In this document: piece after piece, positions 47,897 through 61,319 of the stretch
How positions within the stretch are numbered: position 1 is the first letter of the stretch
How the letters are laid out: every line of letters begins with the position of its first letter
NCBI RefSeq assembly: GCF_006345805.1
Contig: NC_043007.1
Coordinates: 63,736,001 to 63,800,000 of the forward strand
DNA: 64,000 nucleotides
Origin: Octopus sinensis
Lineage: Eukaryota
Reading direction: 5' to 3'
Made by a program: the position numbers and the translations under genes
Notes under the pieces: model-generated
What the model saw: only the letters and a program-made list of their open reading frames with translations
Told to the model about the DNA's origin: nothing
Database searches by the model: none

Positions 47897-50800
47897 CTGC
47901 ACATCTTAGCAAACATTTTCTTTTTGTACATAAAATATTAAAAATTGTTCTTCCTGTTGTTATTTTTGATGACTTGCAGATTTGTCAGAAACATAAATTT
48001 TGATAGCAAAGTTAGTTGGGATTGGTAGTTTTTATATATGCTTCAATTGATTTAAAATTGTAATTCTAATGCTAAATTTTGTTTAAACTGGAATTCTATC
48101 ATCTTAAATGTGTCAGAATGTTTAAAATGATGATGTTAATAAGTTTTTGAAACTATATAAGCACACATATGCAGTGTGTGGAAGGAGGTGATGGTGAGAA
48201 AAGAAGGATTTGATTTCATAAATAACAAGCAAAATGAAGTCTTAGATTAATTTAATTTTATTTAGTAAACCTGGAGGTCAGACAAAAATGCAATATTTCA
48301 GAAACACCATTTTTGTGATAACACTTCCACAAAATATAAATAAAAAAAAAATTCAAATACACTTGAATGAAGATGTTATATTATAAAAACACTATCTTTA
48401 ATCGGTTTGAGGTTTTTCTGCTTTAATATGTTGAATGAGAATATACTTTGTGTTACAATCTACTCAGTGTCTATCCAATGTCAGTAGGATCATCTATTTC
48501 ACCCAAAGACTTTTCTTCTCTTTCTAGAAATAAAAAGCCATAAGGACGCTTCGTACAGGATTGTAGTAAAAGTGAGTAGTCAGCTAATGTATGTGTGTAA
48601 TAACTAAGACATCAACTACATGACACCAATTTCATACAGATCATTGAGTTATTTTGATCACTGCAATCAGTGATGATGTTTCTCCAGTAGCAATTTATCT
48701 GTCAAATTATTCATTCCACTACTCCTTTGTAATACGAAACAAGAAATCGGAACTGATTCATCTTGTTGATATATTCCTAAATTCTTTGGAAAAGAAAACA
48801 AACAACTACCAACTGTATTACTGGTTGATATTTGATTTCAGCTGACAGAAAACATTTGGTCATGTGAAGCTTTACAAAGCAATGAATGCATGCTATTTTG
48901 ATTATTCATTTGTGATGCTTGCACTGACAATTATAGGACCTCAATATTATGAAGTGTTCTGGCATACATATATGTGTTTGTGTGTGTATATTTTAATTTT
49001 TCTGCATACACTTCTCTGTGATCATAGCTGGGTTGATTTTTGTAATTAATATCATGAAGTCATAGTTCTTACAAGTGTTTTTATAGCTGGATGAAAGTAT
49101 ATTTTTAGTATCAGCCCCTGAAAGATGGGGGATCTAGTTATTTACCAGATGCAGACTGAGGCAAGCAAAGTATTGTACTTTGTATAGGGATCACAACATA
49201 CTGGCTGAAGCATGATATCAGGTAAATAATGACATTTTTCATTTAAATCTGAAAGCATTTAAGTTCTTCATTAGATCTTCATTTGTCTTTATATTAAGAC
49301 ATTTTTAAAAAGAAAACCAAAGACTAAAGAAAGCTGATTCGTAAGAAATTGTCAGTATAATAAAACATGTTTGTTTAATTATTTTCATTGATATAAATTG
49401 ACTATATGATTTCAAAAGCAAATTGTTTAAAAATTCCTGGATAATGTAACTTCTGAATCTGTTTGTCTATGTTATTTAAGTTACAGTTACCAAAGTTATC
49501 ACAGATTTTTGAGAACATTAGAGAAACTAAACTGATCTTAAAATACATCAGTAAACACTGTCTCCAATCAAAATCAACCAAAACACACTGTCCCTGTAAT
49601 AAATGAGAAGTAGTAGGCAGAAGTTTGACCAGAACAACATTCTATGAAACAACTAAATCCAACTTCATAATGTGTTGAGGGATAATTTGCATTGTGTCCA
49701 GTTAGGCAAGTGATGTGGAGGTAAAATAAATAGGGATAACATCAGGAAATTAGATTCATTTTTTTAAATATGATCAACAAAGAAACACAAGTCATGCATT
49801 GCATAACTTTATCCAAAGACAAGAACCATCTTTTATATTGAAATCATTTCAAAATAAAACGATCATGTTACATTATCGATGAAAACAACTTGTACACTTT
49901 TTTTAAAGAATATATAATGATTTCTTACTCAGTCTTTAAAGCAGTTTTTATATGGCAGGAAATTACAAATTGTGATGTTCCTGTCTCCCAAAACAGGTTT
50001 GCAGTTTGAGAAACAAAACTGGATTGCAATACAGTGTATGTATGTAAATACAAACATGTGGGAAATATTTGTCAAATACATTAAGACATTTTAATATAAT
50101 TTGAATTAAATATTCTTCACAACTGAGCAATTGTTATCAGCAATAAAGCATAAGAGAGAATTTATCTTGGCTCATTAGCTTCCATTGAAGAGTGATAAAA
50201 GAGAGGAATAGAAACTTGAAAGAAGTCAAACTGATTATATATTTACAGTTAAAGAAAAAGCAGAATTAAGTTTTAAAATATTTAGAATTAACAACGAATT
50301 TAAATTTAATTTAGAAAACAAATGTATGTGTATGTGCAAAGTATTTTCATTGTTAGATACGCTAAATCAGGTAATTGTGTGTACATATATACACACACAC
50401 ACACAAGTTTTTAGGTGATGACACTTCACTCTGCGTTTGTAAACCAGCCAAAAATACATTATTTGCATTACATTTCTTTGAAAATCCCTTGGGACAACTT
50501 TATACAGCCTGATAAACCTCAACATAATACATCTATGTTTCAACAAATGTTATGTGCATCCTATACACCACACATAAAATACAGAGTTGGCAGATATATT
50601 AAGGTAACAAGCATATTCATTTGAGTATTAAAATATAAATAATCCCCTGAATTCAAAGGTAAGTAACAAGAGAAGAGCAAAAAAAAAAAAGTTACAATTG
50701 TCTTACAATTTGGATTAACACTAAATATGGTGAAGAAGTGAATAAAAATATATAAAAATAGTTAAAAGCTTTGCAGCTTTCAGTTAAATAAATAATCTTA

Positions 50801-51665
50801 GGAGTAAAGACAGTCATTCTATGATATTACTGGGCTAGAGTCAAGAAATAGAAGAAAATAATAATAAAACCTTAATTTCTCCTTACTCCATGCTTTTTGT
50901 CCTTAAGGTATATCATTGTTACATTTCATAATTTAAAAGAAATTTTTTTTTCTTATAGAAAGTAGTTTCCAGTCAGGAGTTATAACAGTCTTAGCAGACT
51001 TGATTCATTGAGTATAGATTGTCTGTATTGGAAAAGAAAGGAACAAATAAAAAAGCCTCTTTATTAGATTTGAAGTCTGAGAGCTATATGTAATGGGAAT
51101 TGGAAAACTTGAGATGTTCAATGCTTTACAAAGAATGTTAGCACAATAAATTAACATCGAAGCTGGGTTACAGATATTTATCTAGAAAGAAACTAATACT
51201 TCACTGCCAATTAATATTTAACAGTTATAACAGTGGAGAAAAAGCTGTTATGATCATATCACTTATCAAAGTCATTAGCATCAAGTTAAATGATTCTAAT
51301 TTAGAATCAAAACTTAACTGCTGACTAGGTTTGTCAAAAACTTACAGCTATAATACCTATCAACACCACTACCATCGTAACAAGAACATAAATATCAGGC
51401 ATGATATATTAAACTGGAAGTAGTGGAGAGTGTTCCTTTCTTATAGTAGCAAAACAAAAAACGAGACTTAATACCAAGGCAAAAAAAAAAAAGAAATTGG
51501 GACAAATAAAGAAAGATGAAAATGAAACTTCACTCCAAATGATCTTTACTTCAATTTCGAATTGATAACAAATCACAGTAGGGGAAAAAACAAAACTCCC
51601 AAGTTGTTGAGACTTCAATTGTAGAGAAACGGTTTAAGTCAGAAATCTTGAAATTTCAATTGGTT

Positions 51666-54600
51666 TCATGATGTCTTCAATGTGGAAACAAGTTCAACTA
51701 AAGCTATGGCACGGTTATAATAATCTGAGCCTTCTTCTAAGCATTTTACAACTTGGTTTAACAGCTGGCAAATGGCTGGCACAGAACAGTCTGGAGTATA
51801 GAGAGAAGTGGTATCCTGTGAAATGAAAAAAAAAATTTTACTTCATGAATGGACAAAATACTGGTAGAGATTATCAAATAGAATTTGAGAGTAGCAACTC
51901 ATCACTATTCAATACACAATCTGTTGCATCCATGTCTTTTTAAATTTTTTGCGACCCCAATCTCTCTTTTAACCAGACACCAAATATCATATGTAGGTCT
52001 AAAATTGAAAATACAAAACAGAATACAAGGAGGTGGTCTGCTTGACAAAGTCATTTAAAGTATATATATGCTGTGGAGGTGTGTAGTTTAGTGTAGTGCC
52101 CTGCAACCTTTTTTCACTTACATTCTTTTCAAAATTTGGTGGCACACCTGAACTAAAAACATAACTAAAAGTATAGGTAAAAAATTTTTTATTCAGGTTA
52201 CACTGTGGCACATCAGTGTACCATGGCATACTAGTTGCAGGGCATTGGCTTAGTGGTTAGGCTGTTGGACTCAGGATCATTAGGTTGTGGTTGATTCTTG
52301 GACTGGGCAATGTTCTTGAGCAAAACACTTTCCTTCATGGTGTTCCAGTCTACTCAGCTGAAAAATGAGTACCACTATGGGAAGCACATTGTTTAGTGGT
52401 TAGGGTGTTGGATTCATGACTAAGATTTTGGTTTTGATCCCTGGATCGGGCAATCCATTGTGTTCTTGAGCAAAACACTTCATGTTGCTCCAGTCCACTC
52501 AGCTGTAGAAATGAGTTTAGCCTGGAGAGGGATGGGCTCCACCAGGCTTTCTTGCCTTAGATATGCTGCATGGCTGCATCACCCCCAACAACCCCCAAGG
52601 TGTTAGGGACTTGTCAATTGTCAATATATATGCCATGGAAGAGAACTGATGTTTTGAGAAAATGGCTTCATCAGAAGAAATATTGAGCATATAGACTTAT
52701 TCAAAGTTACAATAAACATGCTAATTTATTATTCTCCAAACATCAACGTTTGTGAATTTAATCATCCTTTCATCAAGTGTTAACATCATTAACAATACGC
52801 TGTTTTTATATTAAGCCTAAATATTAACTAAACTAATCTTATTAGACACACTAGGTTTTTGATTTAAGTATTACCTCCTAAAAGCTATGTACAATGTCCT
52901 TTCTCTACAATATATGACAATTGTAGTTGCAACATTCATGCCAGCTTGAATACCATTCAGCTTAGCTTGAGACTAAGTCATGACACTCTTGGTGATAATC
53001 CAAACATGATGGTTTGGAAAGAAGGAAGTTTAAATCAACTTTTTCCATACTTGAAACTGGAGCAATTGTAAACTATTAAATAGCTTGCTAATAACATAGA
53101 ACAATATCAATAAACTGATTTTAAATGAAAAAGAAAATTTTCTGAACTTGGAAGAATTACAAAAATAGTTTATTTTAAGGAAAATTTTGACAGCTGTATT
53201 TAGCATGTCAAGTGAATATGATATTGTCCTAACATGTAAGACTTGGTAGCTCTACAATTAAAAACTAAAATTTTGTTAATGTCAAAATTTCACTGCAAGG
53301 CATGCAACTTATACAGATTTCTGACTGGCTGAAACAAAAGTATTGCATTTTTAAAGCTTACCTGTTTTTTCAACCACTGTGAAAGTGAGGTTGTCATTGA
53401 AGCATATATATCAAGAGATTTGGACGGATTCTGCTTTTCTATATAATAAACTATTCGCTGACCTAATACTTCCAGTAAGCTAGCACCAAGTTCTGGATCT
53501 AGATTCATTGTTAACAATACCTAGAGAACACAAGAATAAATAGAGATCAGCCTAAAATATGATTGTAAAGAAAACAATGTCATAATAAAGATATCTTTGA
53601 ATTAATTTTTAAATGTTTGTTTTTTTAAATATTTTTTAAACATTTCTTTTTATTCCAGCAATAATGGAACTACTGAACAAAAGATCCTGCTACTAGATGC
53701 AGTCTGAAGTTAGAGTAATGATGACATAACGATACCAGGACTGTGAAAGGTTTGACTAACAATTAAATGAGTTGAAACTTCATCATCATCGTCGTTTAAC
53801 ATCCACTTTCCATGCTGGCATGGGTTGGATGGTTTGACTGAGGGCTGGAAAGCCAGAAGGTTGTACCAGGTTCTAATCTGATATGGCAAACTTTCTGCAG
53901 CTGAATGCCTTTCCTAACGCCAATCACTCCCCAGAGTGTAGTGCTTTGTGTGTGCCACCGGCACGAGGGCCAGTCAGGTGGTACTGGCATCAACCATGCT
54001 TTAATGGTGCTTTTTATGTGCCACTGGTATGGGAGCCAGTCAGGTGGCACTGGCAACGATCATGCTTGAATGGTGCTTTTAACGTGCCACCAGCAGAGGA
54101 CCAGTCAGGCGGCACTGGCATCGACCACACTTGAATGGTGCTTTTTACGTGCCACTAGCATGGGTGTCAATCAGGTGGTACTGTCATCGGCCACGACAAT
54201 GATTTCACTTGCCTCAAAAGGTCTTTGCAAGTGCAGTTTCTTGCCCAATGATTGAAGGGTACTCTTAAAAGGGCTGGTTATGCTGCACTGGCATAGGCCA
54301 CAGTTACGGTCTCAATTGGCTTGCTGGGTCTTCTTAAGCACAGCATATCTCCAAAGGTTTCGGTCACTTGTCATCACCTTAGTGAGACCCAATGTTCAAA
54401 GGTTGTGCTTCACTACCTCATCCCAGGTCTTCCTGGGTTTACCTCTTCCACGGGTTCCCTCTACTGCTAGGGTGTGACACTTTTTCACACAGTTGTCCTC
54501 ATCCATATGCAACACATGACCATACCAGCGCAGTCGACTCTCTTGTACACCACATTTGATGCTTCTTAAGTCCAACTTTTCTCTCAGGGCGCTTACACTC

Positions 54601-56399
54601 TGTTGTGTATGCACACTGACATTACACACCCAGCAGAGCATACTGGCTTCATTCCTTGCAAGTTTACGCATGTCCTCAGCAGTCACGGCCCATGTTTCAC
54701 TGCCATGTAACATGGCTGTTCACACACATGCATCATACAGTCTACCTTTTACTCTGAGCAAGAGGCCCTTTGTCACTAGCAGAGGTAGAAGCTCTCTGTA
54801 CTTTGCCCAAGCTTTTCTTATTCTAACAGCTACACTTCAGAGCCTCCACCCTGGTTATTGACTTGGTTACCTAGGTAACAGAAGCTATAAACTACCTGTA
54901 GTTTTACCCACTAGAATGTGACAGAAGCTGTTTTCTGCACAATTTCTTCATTTAAAATATGTAGTAGTCATACATAATGCTGGCACAAGTTGTGAATTTA
55001 GCAATAGAGACACTGGCTTATGTTTTCCATAAGCCAAACTCAGCTGATTATCTTACTCTTTTTAAACAGCTTTACTTCCATTGCTTTTTCTTGTTTTCAG
55101 CAACTCACAATAGAACTAGGTAATTTTAAATCTTCAAAATTACTGCTTTGCTTTTCAAACTAAGTACATCCAGGAATACACTATACAATGCATCTTTACC
55201 TTTCTATAAGCTATAGGGTATAATTTGAAGGAGAGTTGCCACTTAAAAATTTCCTCATATGCTTATATATGAACATGATGATAATACAAATGTATGAAAC
55301 CATTATAAAAAGTTGATTTCTTCAAAGAGAGAATGCCTCTGAAATACTTGTAACACACTTCTTCACAGGGTAAACTAAAGGCTGAACAAAATATTCTGTC
55401 TCCACTCACCTCTTCAGCAGTTTTGTCTAAACCTCTCAAATAAAGCTCTCGCACATGATATATGCGCAACTGGTCAACATCTTCCTCAAATACTCTAGCA
55501 ATCTCAATGATGAGGGACGGCCACTCAGCATGGCTTTCATTCCAAGGCACAAACGTCATCTGTGTTGATTCTGGCACTGATGCTGTCATAGAAGCAGACA
55601 AGCTGTCTTGTGACTGTTTGTCCTTCTTGGAAAAATCCTCCACTGATTGACTTATCACTTTTTTATAGAACTGAAATATAAATATGTATAAAGACATTTA
55701 AAAAGTTATATTTTACAAAAAAAGAAAAAAAAAATTCAAAAGAGATTTTATTAAAAAAAATTTCTTTTGATTATTCAAAGATTATTTAAGTTTTGAGAAG
55801 ATAAGAATAAAAAAAAAAAACAGTCTGATTCAGCTCCATGAGACTTAAAATTTTGCAGGCTTCTAACAGAGACCTGGCTCATTAAGGCTTAGATTACTGA
55901 ATGGAAGAACACAGGAAGTCCAAGATGGCTACAGGAAAATGGGCTGCTTGTCAAGGCAAGGCACATGATGATGTGAAAGGTACGAGGTAAGATCATCATT
56001 TCAACAACACCAGATGCATTGGAAAGGAGAATTTCTTGGACCAAATGGCTGGCAAGCGTGTATATACTAGGTGTATAAGTACATGGATATGGGTGTGCTA
56101 GTGGTTGTGTGTGTGTGTGTCTGTGTGTAAACACAAGGTGTTTCAAAAAATTTGATTTCATTTGAGATGTAAATATCACAGAAACTACAGAGTCAAAGCA
56201 AATGAAACTAAAACAGGCTTAACGTTGAGCGACATAAGATTTATTCCTCAAAATTTGAATGAGAAATTCAAAGGTTAGTGGATTCCATGAACAATTTCAT
56301 GTCGCCAGTCACATTTCCGTCAAAGAAAAACGGGCCATGAAGATGCTTCTTGGAGATGGCACAGAACACATTCACTTTTGAATGTATATATATATACAT

Positions 56400-56431
<32 letters not shown>

Positions 56432-58465
56432 TGTAAAAGAAAATAAATTTAACTTACTTTATTCCTCTCTGCAAGGATGTTAGCATCTTTGAGTTTAGTG
56501 GGTAGGGCAGGATGGGTGTGCAAATCTTTGAAGAAAGAGTTCTGTCCCTGAAAGTTGGAGATAGCAAAAATGAAAAAAACAAATCAATGAATCTATTACC
56601 TCCACCACCACTACCATCATTATCAATATAATTATTATCATACCATTTTTGTAATTACTGTCACCACTCTCAATATTGTTAGTGCCACTTTCAAACTTAT
56701 TCAAGTAGTTTTATTAATATTAATATATTTAGAAAGTGGCAAGCTGGCAGAATTGTTAGCACACTGGGCAAATTGTTTTGTGGCATGTTTACGTTCTGAG
56801 TTCATATTCCGTCAATGTCAACTTTGCCTTTCATTCTTTCAGGGTTGATAAAATAAATACCAGTTGAGCACTGGGGTTATGCAATTGACTTAGCCCCTCC
56901 CTTGAAATAACTGACCTTGAGCCAAAATTTGAAACTATCATTAATATATTTAATGCATGCTGTGTTAAATAGCTAACAAGAAATAAATATGCAGTGAGAA
57001 AAAAAACAACTATTAGTGACTAATATTTTTTACATTTTCAGTATCAATATTATATTAGTAAATGACTAATATTCTTTTTTCTCAATGTATATTTATTTCT
57101 AGTTACCTATCTAATGTTCCTGTATTAAATATGTTAACTGCAACATAACTATTGTCATTCATGGTGGATGGAATCTCAGAATTAGTTTTTCTCATAACAA
57201 CATTACTGTTGACATAAAATAATAATAAAAACGAGCTTATTGTATTTAGTGTTCAGGTGTATTACAACTTGCTGGAAAAGAGCAAAAGAAGAGACATAAA
57301 GAAGCAATAAATCATGTAAAGAAAGACAGCAATGATAGTCAAAGATGCATGTACAAAACACAGAATAAAAAGGACAGAAAAAAGAAAAGTAAAAGAGTCA
57401 TAAAGAGAACAGAGCACATATGCATATAAGAGAAGTTTTGGAAAATTTAAGAAATTTATTCCATACTTTGACATCATGGATAATATCACCACCATCACTC
57501 TCATCAAGTCATTTGTTACACAGTATATATATATCAAGTGAAAGGGTTGATAATTGAGAAAAATAGTTTGCATGAAGACATGAGCAAAAAGTTCACTTCA
57601 CAATCACTGTGTCTCCTGGGGTAAGTATTTTCTATCAAGTTTAAAGTCAACCAAAGAGAAATTGGGCAAATGGATATAATACAAAAGCTCATTAAATGGA
57701 CAGTATTTTTTGTCTTAGGTGAAGAAATTTAACCCTTTAGCATTCAGAATTGTTTATCAAATGTATTGTTTATTTATTCACATTGTTTTGAATTAATCAT
57801 GCATTATTTTATAGCTTCAAGATTTCAATGGTGTGTTTGTATATTTTTAGAATTATATTGTAGGGCAGGTGTGAGAGGTTGGATTTGGTCAGTTTTAACA
57901 TGTAAAATATTTGGGCTGAATATTACCAGATTAAATACTAAAGGTTAATCCATTACCTAGTTTAAGACTAACACCTGACCCTCTGTTGCAAGTATTCAGA
58001 CATCTCCAGTCTGAGGGTAACTCAATATCTTAGTATGCTGCTTCCAGTAATTGCAACAATTCATGATTTGTGGTTTGTTTCTCCTTTATCCTCCACCAAT
58101 CTTAAAGGTCTCTGTAAAGGCCACAGATACAACTCTTCCTCTCCTGATCAAGTCATTATAAATATTATCAGAAATGGTGAATGTGAAAAAGGACAACTAG
58201 ATAATAAAACTAGGTGAATCTATAAGCAAATATGTAACAATAAGATACCAACCTTGCAATCAAAAAGGGAGAGAACTTTGATAGATTTCAAACCAAATTT
58301 TAAGATGGCATACATAAACTGACAGAGCAGGTAATGGTGGAGTAATAAGCCATAATTTGTAGCTTTCTGATCTACTGCCAGTTCTACAAGGGAAGCTGGT
58401 CCACGAATAGTTTGCCAGAGGGGCTCAATATTAAAAACTGGTACTTCGTCTGCTTCACAATTTGC
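51666..58465 (-). CDS. RAB3GAP2: Rab3 GTPase-activating protein non-catalytic subunit, C-terminal five coding exons: 58253-58465, 56458-56547, 55410-55670, 53362-53520, 51666-51815. Gene continues upstream.
   Basis: All exons are phase 0 with AG/GT ends. Peptides EVPVFNIEPLWQTIRGPASLVELAVDQK..HHYLLC..ILKFGLKSIKVLSLFDCK / GQNSFFKDL / WPSLIIEIARVFEEDVDQLRIYHVRELYLRGLDKTAEE / LLEVLGQRI..SLSQWLKKQ / CQLLNQVVKCLEEG..AIALVELV are colinear with the RAB3GAP2 C-terminus as I recall it (no search run). TGA at 51666-51668. Confidence 0.92.
52235..52515 (+). mobile_element. Two tandem heads of tRNA-derived SINE family B
   Basis: ggcttagtggttaggctgttggact...ttgagcaaaacactt...ccagtctactcagctg repeated at 52393-52510. 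Confidence 0.7.
53781..54897 (-). mobile_element. 5'-truncated RTE LINE (same family as 23004-24093) in a RAB3GAP2 intron
   Basis: ORF 54396..54713 MLHGSETWAVTAEDMRKLARNEASML...GRGKPRKTWDEVVKH; 3' UTR stem-loop repeats; (GAT)n tail. Confidence 0.92.
56131..56378 (-). mobile_element. Tc1/mariner remnant (internally deleted)
   Basis: KVNVFCAISKKHLHGPFFFDGNVTGD followed by the terminus TTTTTGAAACACCTTGTG. Confidence 0.6.
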
Positions 58466-58961
58466 CTGAAATGGAGAGGGAATTAAAGACATAAAATGTC
58501 AGACATAATTTAATATCGATTAGTTCAGGTGTTTATCTCCTCTTTTAGTTATTGATTTATGTTTATTTTGCATGTGTCAACTGCTGTAACATCTCACATT
58601 CATACAAATTTTGCAAAGTCACTTCAGCTGGACTTGATTTCACACATGTTAATTAAAATATTCTGAAATTCATAGATAGTTATAAAAAGTCCTTATCTGA
58701 GACAGAGAAATTGCCAATTGACATTGTACTGTTTATAACAATGCACTGTTCTCAGTGTGAAACTATAGTTGCTAATAATTTATTAATTTTCATGCAGGAA
58801 CAGTTTTGTAGTTAAGAAGTGTCTTCTATTATAACTTTGGGCCAACCAAAGCCTTGTGAGTGGATTTGGTAGATGGAAAATGAAAGAAAGCCCATTGCAT
58901 GTGAATGTGTGAGTGTATGTGTATGTGTATGTGTGTGTTGACATTTACATAATAGTTGTAA

Positions 58962-59158
58962 ACGAGTGTCACCATCATACAGGCTGTGTCTTTTGTTTCA
59001 AATTTTCCATAAAAACACGTCTGACCATAGGGAAATATCTTGCTTGGAATCTGGTAAGTGTTGGCAACAGGACAGGCATCTGGCTGAAGAAAATCTGCCA
59101 TAATAAATTCTGTCTGATCCATGCAAGCATGGAAAAGTAGATGTTAAAATGATGATGA
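58962..59158 (+). mobile_element. RTE LINE 3' end remnant
   Basis: ggcaacaggacaggcatctggctg...catgcaagcatggaaaagtagatgttaaaatgatgatgat. Confidence 0.65.
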
Positions 59159-60950
59159 TAAACACTTTCAAAACAAAATGAAATTTTTGCTACTTCTTGT
59201 ATGAATGGGTGACAAAAGGAAACATTACAATCTACACAGAGTTAACTGATTAGATTTATGGAGAGAGAGAGAGAGAGTGTGTGTTTGTGTGTGTGTGTGT
59301 GTCTAAATATGTGTGTATGAAAAATGCAAACAATATAAAAATAGAAAATACCAAAATGACAGACAGAAAAACATTGTACAACATAGAATGGGATTTTTTA
59401 AATTTGGAATATCAGGTTTTAAATTCTATATAAACCATGCAAATGTTAAAGAATACATAAAAAATGTCTTTTTTTTATTTTGTGTGTATGTGTATACACA
59501 CACACACACACATTCTCATTTTATGAAATATTTAAAAAATATATATATGTGCATTTTCAGGAAAGATAATGAAGAAATTACAGAAATCAAAACTTCCATA
59601 CATTACAGATCAAATACACAAGAAGTTATGTCTATTTATCCAAATGTACACACATATACATAATGTGTGTATAAATTATAAATATGGGGACCTTATATCT
59701 TTTTATATATGTGTGAAGAAACTTGTTATATGAAATATTCTATTTTTGCACAGGGATAGTAGTCAACTTGTTCTATTATTCACTCACTACCCATCTGGGA
59801 TTTTTTTTTTGTTAAGAACATATCCTGCTATTTGAAATCATATCCTGTCTCACATATATGATGCAAATATAAAACTGTTGTGGATAGAATAAATGGTTTG
59901 GGTTGTTAGTAAGTTGGAGATAATATTTCTTACTGTAAGAAGGGCATCTAGCTATAGAAACCAAATCAAAACAGACTGGAGCTTGGTCAATATGTAGTTC
60001 CGAGATATACAAAAAGATACAATGTCACAAATGTGTGTTTGATCATAGACTTGTTTCATCAGACTTAGCTTAGGACAAAAACAACAAAAATAAATTTCTA
60101 TGCTTGAAACCTGCAACTGGTGGCAATAGCAAATTATGCTGTCTATCATTTCACAAAGATATTCCAACTCAAACTGCAATGTACTCCTTCCCATTCTACA
60201 AAACTCGATGATCATCACAAGATTGCAAATAGCAAAAGGTTAAATATTATTATTAAATTATAAGCCCAAATTACATGAGAGCTGACTTTGTCTTTTACAG
60301 CTTAAGTGATAAAACAAGAGAGAGAAGTGACAAACTAGCAAATAAAAAAAAAAAAATGTGGCAATTTCAACCTGTACTAAAATTTGGCTGTAAAGCAGCA
60401 TTGGCCAGATACAACTCTACTGTTTTATATGGTAGGCTGAGGGAAAAAAATTCCATATAATTACTTCTGTTGCTGTTGAAATTAATTTCTATGATTGATT
60501 GCTCCTTCTGATACTAACAACCTATTTGTTGTTCTTTAACCCCCAATTGATATTGATCAAGTAGACCTACAATCAAAATGCCAGCAATGATCTCCAAACA
60601 CCACTTTTCAGTTTTGACTACAGCATCCAATGTGCTCACTTTTTTCTTTTTAGATGGCAGTGTAATTTGGCTGCTATTTCTAGCAGACCAAGCAACCACA
60701 TAGACCTTCTCTCTAGGAATGGCATTTGTTTTCAGATTAAGCAGATTATGTGTAGGAATAAAGTGAAGTTTTTAAGATAGTAAGAACACTGATCCAATTA
60801 TACAATTACAGAAATTGAAATTTAATAAATAACAACTGCATTAGAGTAGAGTCATCATAACAACTAGGATATACAACACTGTTATATTCCCTTTTATTAT
60901 TATTACTTTGTAGAATATATATTTATATATTGTTGACATCATAAGAGATG

Positions 60951-61319
60951 ATAAACTTTTGAGAGAACATGGAATAATGTTTTCTGGAATTGGTTCTTGA
61001 AGTTCATATAAAGCAAGTAAATATTGATTTGAAAATCCTTTTTGGATAGAAGTCAAAGGTTACGTATGGGTCTTGAAACCGCATCTCCTGTAAACGCAAT
61101 AAGTATTCTACCATTGTACTGAAGTAATCCTTTGAATTTTTCTATTGTATGTTGTTGGCATCTTAAGAATTATTGAATAGGATACATCTAGTGATTCCTT
61201 TACTTGTCTACCTGAACCTTCCACTATCAAACCAGTGTATATAATAGTAATATAATCTTTATATGTACTTCGAGTACTAATTCCAAACAAGAATTTTCCA
61301 TGTTGCCTCAAAAGTTTAT
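60951..61319. mobile_element. MITE-like element with 63-bp terminal inverted repeats
   Basis: 60951-61013 versus reverse complement of 61257-61319: 52/63 identical by hand count. Confidence 0.65.

Noticed and set aside
52635-52790. Further hammerhead-like strings on the minus strand (CTGATGAagcc...AAAACatc; TTGATGA...AAACGTT)
   Set aside because: Core and stems are too degenerate to support a call from a single copy.
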